Source: Casimicrobiaceae bacterium (GTDB lineage: Bacteria; Pseudomonadota; Gammaproteobacteria; Burkholderiales; Casimicrobiaceae). Taken from it: 60,383 nucleotides of DNA. Positions within the stretch are counted from its first letter, which is position 1. The number at the start of each line of letters is the position of its first letter. Where the stretch lies: NCBI GenBank assembly GCA_035278845.1, contig DATEIQ010000079.1:1-60383 (forward strand), given 5' to 3'. This document shows, piece after piece, positions 52,000 through 60,383 of this stretch. The notes beneath the pieces were generated by a model. The model was not told the DNA's origin and ran no database searches. It saw only the letters and a program-made list of their open reading frames with translations. The translations under genes were made by a program, and so were the position numbers.

Positions 52000-53897
52000 T
52001 CGCGTTCGAGCTGTTCCAGCGCGGCCGCGACGTCGAGCCACTGCGATTCGAGCCGCGCGAGCGTCCACGTGAGCTCGCCCTGTCGCGCGATCGCGGCGAC
52101 GAGGCGCTCCTTCGCATCCCCGGCATAGGCTTCGCTCGACGCGAGCCACACGTCGAGCGCGTCCTTCTCCGCGCCGAGCCGCTCGAGGTCCTGCTCGATC
52201 GTGGATTGCTGCGACTGCAGCGGCTTGCGCTGGTCCGCGAGGCGCTGGCGCGCTTCGGCTGCCTCGCGCTTCTGCGCACGCCGCTCCGCGGCCGGCCGGA
52301 CGGCGCGATCGTCGTCCGCACGACGTGCCGGGCGTGACCGGCTCAGCACCCAGTCGCGATAATCGTCGAGGTCGCCGTCGAACGGTGCGACCGTGCCATC
52401 GGCAACGAGCCACAACTCGTCCGCGGTCGCGCGCAACAGGTGACGGTCGTGCGCGACGACGATCAGCGCGCCGCCGTAATCCTGCAGCGCCTCGGTCAGC
52501 GCTTCGCGCATCTCGATATCGAGATGGTTGGTCGGCTCGTCGAGCAGCAGCAGGTTGGGGCGCTCGCGCACGATCAGCGCGAGCGTCAGACGCGCCTTCT
52601 CGCCGCCGGAAAGGCGCGCGACCGGCGACGTCGCCATGTCGCCGCGAATGTCGAAGCCGCCGAGGAAGTCGCGCAGTTCCTGCTCGCGCGTGTCGGGCTC
52701 GCGCCGGGCGAAATGCCCGAGCGGCGAATCCTCGAGGCGCAGCTGCTCGACCTGATGCTGCGCGAAATAGCCGAGGCGCAATTGCTGCGCGGCATAACGT
52801 GTACCGGAAAGCGGCGCGAGCGTTCCGGAGAGCCCCTTGAGCAGCGTCGACTTGCCCGCACCGTTCGGGCCGAGCAGGCCGATCCGCGCGCCGGCCTGCA
52901 CGCTCCACTCGACGTCGCGCAGCACGGTTCGATCGCCGTAGCCGAGCGTCGCATCCTCGAGCCGCGCGAGCTGCCGCGCCGTCGCGCCGACTTCGGGGAA
53001 GGTGAACGAGAACGGGCTGTCGACGTGCGCGGAGGCGATCAGCTCCATCCGCTCGAGCGCCTTCATCCGGCTTTGCGCCTGGCGCGCCTTCGTCGCCTTG
53101 GCGCGGAAGCGGTCGATGTACGCGCGCATGTGCGCGATCTGCCGTTGCTGCTTCGCGTACGCGGCCTGCTGCTGCGCGAGCTTCTGCGCGCGCTCGCGCT
53201 CGAACTGCGTGTAGTTGCCGGTGTATGCGGTGATCGTCTGCGCGTCGACGTGCGCGATCGTGTCGGCCACGGCGTCGAGAAAATCGCGGTCGTGCGTGAT
53301 CAGAAGCAGCGTGCCCGGATAGCGGCGCAACCAATCCTCGAGCCACAGCACGGCGTCGAGGTCGAGATGATTGGTCGGCTCGTCGAGCAGCAGCAGGTCG
53401 GAGCGGCACATCAGCGCCTTCGCGAGCTCGAGGCGCATCCGCCAGCCGCCGGAAAACGTGTCGACGGGCCGCATCTGCTGCTCTTCGGTGAACCCCAGCC
53501 CCGCGAGCAGCGTCGCGGCGCGCGACCGCGCGGCGTAGCCGCCGATCGCTTCGAATCGATGATGCAGCTCGGCGAGTTGCGCGCCGTCGGTGCCGGAAAC
53601 CGCGAGCGCGCGCTCGATCTCCCGCAACTCGCGGTCACCGTCCTGCGTGTAGTCGATCGCAGGCGTTGCGACGGCCGGCGTCTCCTGGGCCACGTGCGCG
53701 AGCACCCAGCGGGGCGGCATCTCCACCGATCCGGCGTCCGGAGCGAGGTCGCCGCGGATCGCCGCGAACAGGCTCGATTTGCCGGCGCCGTTCGCACCAA
53801 CGACGCCGACCTTGTGCCCGTGATGCACGGCGAGCGACGCGCCGTCGAGCAGGCGCTTCGTGCCGCGCGCGAGAACGAGGTTGGCGATGCGCAGCAT
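51972..53897 (-). CDS. ABC-F ATPase (YheS-like)
   Basis: Two NBDs (GANGAGKS, FSGGWRMR; GPNGAGKST, LSGGEKAR), DEPTNHLD twice, C-terminal coiled coil. Confidence 0.93.
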   Translation of the reverse strand: MLRIANLVLARGTKRLLDGASLAVHHGHKVGVVGANGAGKSSLFAAIRGDLAPDAGSVEMPPRWVLAHVAQETPAVATPAIDYTQDGDRELREIERALAVSGTDGAQLAELHHRFEAIGGYAARSRAATLLAGLGFTEEQQMRPVDTFSGGWRMRLELAKALMCRSDLLLLDEPTNHLDLDAVLWLEDWLRRYPGTLLLITHDRDFLDAVADTIAHVDAQTITAYTGNYTQFERERAQKLAQQQAAYAKQQRQIAHMRAYIDRFRAKATKARQAQSRMKALERMELIASAHVDSPFSFTFPEVGATARQLARLEDATLGYGDRTVLRDVEWSVQAGARIGLLGPNGAGKSTLLKGLSGTLAPLSGTRYAAQQLRLGYFAQHQVEQLRLEDSPLGHFARREPDTREQELRDFLGGFDIRGDMATSPVARLSGGEKARLTLALIVRERPNLLLLDEPTNHLDIEMREALTEALQDYGGALIVVAHDRHLLRATADELWLVADGTVAPFDGDLDDYRDWVLSRSRPARRADDDRAVRPAAERRAQKREAAEARQRLADQRKPLQSQQSTIEQDLERLGAEKDALDVWLASSEAYAGDAKERLVAAIARQGELTWTLARLESQWLDVAAALEQLERDQPTNGPGR

Positions 53898-53913
53898 CGG
53901 GTTCAGGGGCGGC

Positions 53914-53963
53914 GACTTCGGGGTCAGAGCAACAAGTCGATTTGTTGCTCTGACCCCGAAGTC
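53914..53963. repeat. Abutting inverted doublet of the 25-nt repeat
   Basis: Arms 53914-53938 and 53939-53963; contains the xth stop and ends 16 nt before the ABC-F ATG. Confidence 0.95.
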
Positions 53964-54739
53964 GGCCGCAGCACGAAGTCGTAGTCGATGATGAGCGGCG
54001 CATGGTCGGAGAAGCGCCGATTGCGATAGATCGAGGCCGTGCGCGCCGTGGCGGCGATGCCGGGCGTCGCCACCTGGTAGTCGATGCGCCAGCCGACGTT
54101 CTTCTGCCATGCCTGCCCGCGGTTCGACCACCACGTGTACTGATCGGGGCGCGGGTCGATGCGGCGGAAGACGTCGACGAAACCGATGTCGTCGAAGACG
54201 CGCGAAAGCCACGCGCGCTCCTCGGGCAGGAATCCCGAATTCTTCTGGTTGCTGCGCCAGTTGCGAAGGTCGATCGGCTTGTGCGCGATGTTCCAGTCGC
54301 CGCACAGGATCACCTCGCGGCCCGACCGCACGAGTCGTTCGAGGTGCGGGAGAAACGCGTCGAGAAACCGGAATTTGGAGGCCTGGCGATGCGGCCCGCT
54401 CGACCCCGACGGCAGGTAGACGCTGATGACGGAAACGTCCGCGAAGTCGGCTTGCAGGTAGCGTCCCTCGATGTCGAATTCCGGGTGGCCGAAGCCGTTC
54501 GCGACGCGCGGCGGCGTCTTCGCATAGAGCGCGACGCCGCTGTATCCCTTGCGCTCGGCCGGGTGGAACGACGCGTGTGCCTTGCGCGGGGCGAGAAGCG
54601 CGCGCGGCACGTCGCCGTTCCCGCATTTGATTTCCTGCAGACAGACAATGTCCCAAGGCTCGGCGCGCGCAAGCCAGCGCGCGAAGCCCTTGCGCTCGGC
54701 CGCGCGCAGACCGTTGACGTTGAGCGTGATGATGCGCAT
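53924..54739 (-). CDS. xth: Exodeoxyribonuclease III
   Basis: NVNGLRA, CLQE, GYSGVA, GDWNIAH, YTWW, GWRIDY, SDHAP. Confidence 0.95.
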   Translation of the reverse strand: MRIITLNVNGLRAAERKGFARWLARAEPWDIVCLQEIKCGNGDVPRALLAPRKAHASFHPAERKGYSGVALYAKTPPRVANGFGHPEFDIEGRYLQADFADVSVISVYLPSGSSGPHRQASKFRFLDAFLPHLERLVRSGREVILCGDWNIAHKPIDLRNWRSNQKNSGFLPEERAWLSRVFDDIGFVDVFRRIDPRPDQYTWWSNRGQAWQKNVGWRIDYQVATPGIAATARTASIYRNRRFSDHAPLIIDYDFVLRPTSGSEQQIDLLL

Positions 54740-54847
54740 CCGGGACCTTCGAAAAAGCGCGGCAGTGTACCGCGCGCTATACTCGCCGCGACACGAGTTG
54801 TCGTGAACGACGTGAGTGCTTTGTGCTTGAAAACACGAGTTTATCCG

Positions 54848-54864
54848 TTGGCACGCGAAGTGCT
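54848..54864 (+). promoter_or_regulatory. Putative sigma54 (-24/-12) promoter
   Basis: TTGGCACGCGAAGTGCT: TGGCAC with GG-N10-GC spacing. Confidence 0.6.
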
Positions 54865-55022
54865 TTGCCAAGGTCGATACGTTCGACCGAAGCGCAGAAG
54901 CACGCACCGGCAGGGCGTACCGGCTGCGGTTCGCGGTGAGAGCTTGCGGATGCGCTGCCCTTAGGAGTCATAACTTGCCGTACAGCATTCGAAGCGCGAT
55001 GAAGCCAACCGAGGACAATGCC

Positions 55023-55790
55023 ATGGAATCCCGCCGACTCGCATCCCGCACCGGGAATGCCTGCCGCCGCGACGCCGCGGCCGGAAACCCGCGCGCCGTG
55101 CGCGCCGCGATAACGGTCCTCGTCGCGGGCGGCCTGCTCTTCGCGATGGTGCCGGGTGCCAAGGCGGCGATGTACAAGTGGACCGACGATCGCGGCGTCA
55201 TCCATTACAGCGACAAGATGCCGCCCGACGCAGTGAACCGCGCGAGCGTCGAGCTGAACCGCGACGGCACCACGGTGCGCAAGCGCGAGCAGGTGAAGCC
55301 GGTGACGCAGCGTGTGCCCAAGGACGAGAGCGACGAGCAGCGCATGCGGCAGGCGGAGCGTGATCGCGTGCTGGCTTCGCGCCGCGACCGCGCGCTGATG
55401 GAGTCGTACACCAACGAGAACGAAATCGAGCTCGCGAAGACGCGAGCGGTCGCAACGATCGAAGGCCAGATCGAATCTGCCGATGCGTTCATTGCCCAGA
55501 TGCAGAAGCGCCGCGACGAGCTCGACGCCAAGAAGTCGACGTTCGCGCCGCGCCCGGTACCGGGCGAGATCGTGCGCGAGATCGAGAACATCGACGCCGA
55601 GGTCGCGCGCCAGACGACGTTCATCACGGCGAAGAAGAAGGAAGCAGCCAGCGTTGCCGCGCGCTACGAATCGGACAAGGTGCGGTTCCGCGAGCTGCGC
55701 AGCGAAACCGGATCCGTCGTCGTTGCCGACGAAACCCGCGTCGCATCGAGCAAGGGCGGTGCGCTGCAGCTCATGAACGGCAAGCCGTAG
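55023..55790 (+). CDS. DUF4124-domain exported protein with coiled coil
   Basis: Hydrophobic signal, then MYKWTDDRGVIHYSDKMPP; DRALMESY..E.EI. Confidence 0.85.
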   Translation: MESRRLASRTGNACRRDAAAGNPRAVRAAITVLVAGGLLFAMVPGAKAAMYKWTDDRGVIHYSDKMPPDAVNRASVELNRDGTTVRKREQVKPVTQRVPKDESDEQRMRQAERDRVLASRRDRALMESYTNENEIELAKTRAVATIEGQIESADAFIAQMQKRRDELDAKKSTFAPRPVPGEIVREIENIDAEVARQTTFITAKKKEAASVAARYESDKVRFRELRSETGSVVVADETRVASSKGGALQLMNGKP

Positions 55791-55885
55791 CCCCCTCGGC
55801 ATACTGATTCTCGATTTACCGCGGCCAGGGCCGCGGCCGTGCCGCCTGCGATAATCGCGGTTTCCCGCACGTCGCGGCAGTTCCC

Positions 55886-57547
<1,662 letters not shown>

Positions 57548-57879
57548 GCGCTCCGGGACGGGGCTTTGCCGGCATTGCGCCTGCAATCGGCTGGCTGGGC
57601 TGCCTGCGCACCGCGTTCGTGGCGCTTGGATGGGTCGGCGCGATCCTCGGCATCGGCTTGTCGTGGTCGCTGATCCGCGCACGCGGGTGCACCCGGATTT
57701 TTTGCGAGGCTGTTCAAGCGCAACGTCGACCTGACGTCGGGCCAGTACCGCAAGCGCTTCGGCGCCGTACGACGTGCGCTCGAAACTGACCGCACGTCGC
57801 CTGCAGGCGCGCCAACGGAACCGCCATCCGGCGCCAATGTCGGTCGAAAGAGCGTTATCGCCGCGTCAGGGAGTACGTC

Positions 57880-58053
57880 ATGATCAAATGGGCCATCATC
57901 TTTTTCGTGATCTCGCTGATCGCGGGCTTCTTCGGGTTCACCGACGTGGCGCAAGGCGCGAAGACGATTTCTAAATGGCTGTTCTTCATCGCGCTGGCGA
58001 TCTTCCTGATCGTTCTGATCTTCGGCGTACTGCTCGGCTGGATCGTGTTTTGA
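57880..58053 (+). CDS. DUF1328 (UPF0391/YtjA-like) small membrane protein, 57 aa; absent from the ORF track
   Basis: [43 protein letters not shown]; GGAG RBS. Confidence 0.92.
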   Translation: MIKWAIIFFVISLIAGFFGFTDVAQGAKTISKWLFFIALAIFLIVLIFGVLLGWIVF

Positions 58054-58132
58054 CCGCCTGACGCAGTCACGCACCTCGATCGCGGCAAACGGCGGTCACG
58101 ATCGCCGACACGCAAGATTGAACGGCGGGGCG

Positions 58133-59590
58133 TTATTCGCCGAGCTTTCGCTTCAGGATCGCGCTGACCTGCGCCGGATTGGCCTTGCCCTTCGAGGCCT
58201 TCATGACCTGGCCGACGAGCGAGTTGAACGCCTTGTCCTTGCCGCTGCGAAACTCGGCAACGACCGCGGGGTTTCCGGCGATCGCGTCGTCGACGAGTTT
58301 CTCGATCGCGCCGGCGTCGGTGATCTGCCGAAGGCCGCGGCGCTCGACGATCGCATCGACGGTAGCCTGCGGCTGCGACCAGAGTTCGTCGAAGACTTCC
58401 TTGGCCATCTTTCCCGACAGCGTGCCGTCGGCAACGCGGCGCAGGAGCTCCGCCAACCGCGCAGGCGGTACAGGTGCGTTGGCCACGACGAGGTCGGAGC
58501 GATTGAGCGCCGCAGACAACTCACCCAGCACCCAGTTCGCGACGAGCTTGTGCGCGGCGGCATCGGCGGCCGGCAGCGCGGCGCACGCGGCTTCGTAATA
58601 GTCGGCGAGCGAACGCGACGCCGTGAGTTGCTGCGCGTCGTAAGCGGTGACGCCGTGCTCCTCGACCAGCCGCGCGCGCATCGCCTCGGGAAGCTCCGGC
58701 AATTCGTTGCGCACCCTCTGCACCCATGCGTCGTCGATCACGAGCGGCGGCAGATCCGGGTCCGGGAAATAGCGGTAATCCTGCGCGTCTTCCTTGCTGC
58801 GCATCGAGCGCGTCTCGTCGCGCGCCGGATCGTAGAGGCGCGTCTCCTGCACGACGCTGCCGCCGTCTTCGATCAGCTCGATCTGCCGGCGCGCCTCGAA
58901 CGCGATTGCCTGCGCGAGAAAGCGAAAGCTGTTGAGGTTCTTGATCTCGCAGCGCGTGCCGAGCGGCTCGCCGGCACGGCGCACCGAGACGTTCGCGTCG
59001 CAGCGAAAACTGCCTTCCTGCATGTTGCCGTCGCAAATGCCAATCCACGTGACGAGCGCGTGCAGCGTGCGCGCATACGCCACCGCTTCGGCCGCGCTGC
59101 GCATGTCGGGCTCGGAGACGATTTCGAGCAGCGGCGTGCCGGCGCGATTCAGGTCGATGCCCGACACGTCACCCGAGGTTCCGGGCAATCCGTCGTGCAG
59201 CGATTTGCCGGCATCCTCCTCGAGATGCGCGCGCGTGAGGCGAACGACCTTGTCGCCGTTGTCGGCGTCGATCGTGATCGTTCCGCCTTTTACGACCGGC
59301 GTCTCGTACTGCGAAATCTGGTAGCCCTTCGGCAGATCGGGATAGAAGTAATTCTTGCGCGCGAAGACGCTGCATCGATTGATCGAGCCGCCGACCGCGA
59401 GTCCGAAGCGGATCGCGCGCTCGACCGCACCGCGGTTCAGCACCGGCAGCACGCCCGGGAGCGCGATGTCGACCGCCGACGCCTGCGTGTTCGGCGCGGC
59501 GCCGAACGCGGTGGACGCGCCCGAGAAAATCTTCGACGCCGTCGACAGCTGCGCGTGCGTCTCGATGCCGATGACGATTTCCCAACTCAT
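58133..59590 (-). CDS. gatB: Asp/Glu-tRNA amidotransferase subunit B
   Basis: [45 protein letters not shown]. Confidence 0.98.
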   Translation of the reverse strand: MSWEIVIGIETHAQLSTASKIFSGASTAFGAAPNTQASAVDIALPGVLPVLNRGAVERAIRFGLAVGGSINRCSVFARKNYFYPDLPKGYQISQYETPVVKGGTITIDADNGDKVVRLTRAHLEEDAGKSLHDGLPGTSGDVSGIDLNRAGTPLLEIVSEPDMRSAAEAVAYARTLHALVTWIGICDGNMQEGSFRCDANVSVRRAGEPLGTRCEIKNLNSFRFLAQAIAFEARRQIELIEDGGSVVQETRLYDPARDETRSMRSKEDAQDYRYFPDPDLPPLVIDDAWVQRVRNELPELPEAMRARLVEEHGVTAYDAQQLTASRSLADYYEAACAALPAADAAAHKLVANWVLGELSAALNRSDLVVANAPVPPARLAELLRRVADGTLSGKMAKEVFDELWSQPQATVDAIVERRGLRQITDAGAIEKLVDDAIAGNPAVVAEFRSGKDKAFNSLVGQVMKASKGKANPAQVSAILKRKLGE

Positions 59591-60383
59591 CGGGATGGTT
59601 CGCGCAAATGCCAATCGGTCACCTGCTGGTAGCGGTGCGCCACGAGCAAAAGCCGCGCCTCGTCGAAGTGATTGCCTTGCAGCTGCAAGCCGATCGGCAG
59701 TCCGTCGGGTGTGAAGCCGCACGGAATCGACATCGCCGGCATGCCCGTCAGGTTGGCCGCGACGGTGAAGATGTCGTTCAGGTACATCTGCACCGGATCG
59801 TCGGCCTTGGCGCCGATCGGAAACGCCGCGGTCGGCGTCGTCGGACCGGCGATCACGTCGCACTGCGCATACGCACGGATGAAATCGTCGGCGATGAGCC
59901 GCCGTGCGCGCTGTGCCTTCAGGTAGTACGCGTCGTAATAGCCGTGCGACAGCACGTACGTTCCGATCAGGATGCGACGCTTCACCTCGGCGCCGAAGCC
60001 CTCGGCACGCGTCTTCTCGTACATGTCGACGAGATCGGTGTATTGCTCCGCGCGATGGCCGTAGCGCACGCCATCGAAACGCGCGAGATTCGACGATGCT
60101 TCCGCCGGCGCGATCACGTAGTACACGGGGATCGAATAGCGAACCGCCGGCAGCGAGATGTCGACCGTCTCGGCACCGAGCTTGCGCAACTCGGCGAGCG
60201 CATCAGTAACCGCCTGCGCGATCTGCGTATCGACGCCGTCGCCGAAATATTCCGCAGGCAGACCGATGCGCAGTCCTGCAAGCGGTCGCGCCGATGTGGC
60301 GGCGTCGAGCCCATGCGCATAGTCCATGGCCGGGCGCGTGAGCGACGTCGAATCGCGCGCGTCGTGGCCTGCCATCGCATTCA
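59587..60383 (-). CDS. gatA: Asp/Glu-tRNA amidotransferase subunit A, 5'-truncated
   Basis: [43 protein letters not shown]. Confidence 0.97.
   Translation of the reverse strand, partial: NAMAGHDARDSTSLTRPAMDYAHGLDAATSARPLAGLRIGLPAEYFGDGVDTQIAQAVTDALAELRKLGAETVDISLPAVRYSIPVYYVIAPAEASSNLARFDGVRYGHRAEQYTDLVDMYEKTRAEGFGAEVKRRILIGTYVLSHGYYDAYYLKAQRARRLIADDFIRAYAQCDVIAGPTTPTAAFPIGAKADDPVQMYLNDIFTVAANLTGMPAMSIPCGFTPDGLPIGLQLQGNHFDEARLLLVAHRYQQVTDWHLREPSR

Noticed and set aside
52989-52998. GACTTCGGGG inside ABC-F (similar CCCCGAAGTC near 18082 in hpsN)
   Set aside because: Only 10 nt, within conserved coding sequence (FPEV, KTSG), with no partner arm; probably chance.
53898-54656. N-terminal extension of the ABC-F ORF (894 aa) through the repeat and xth
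   Set aside because: Alternative open frame over xth in high-GC DNA; ABC-F homology begins at ATG 53897.

Overview
GC-rich chromosomal window, probably from a betaproteobacterium (inferred from gene order such as gshB-EIIA(Man)-ptsH-ptsI and metX-metW-ampG). It runs from a 5'-truncated fumC to a 5'-truncated gatA and is mostly housekeeping genes (glpD, glmU-glmS, gshB, PTS, metXW, xth, two ABC-F proteins, gatAB). It also carries an hpsR/N/O/P-like dihydroxypropanesulfonate (DHPS) cluster with a NitT/TauT ABC importer, a second orphan catabolic cluster (GntR, enolase-superfamily enzyme, NitT/TauT ABC, GMC oxidoreductase), tricorn protease-nfeD-SPFH, and a TlpA-DUF4266-DUF3570-ApbE flavinylation module. 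The most striking non-gene signal is a 25-nt repeat (GACTTCGGGGTCAGAGCAATAAGTC) at 8 loci. Each locus overlaps, encloses or lies a few nt from a stop codon, and the repeat is translated into protein tails (TSGSEQ on three genes). Two composite copies share an identical 41-nt core that is flipped relative to asymmetric flanks. Several gene junctions also carry short tandem duplications of a gene start or end. No rRNA, tRNA, CRISPR array or transposase was recognised. All product calls come from motif recognition by eye, not from database searches.
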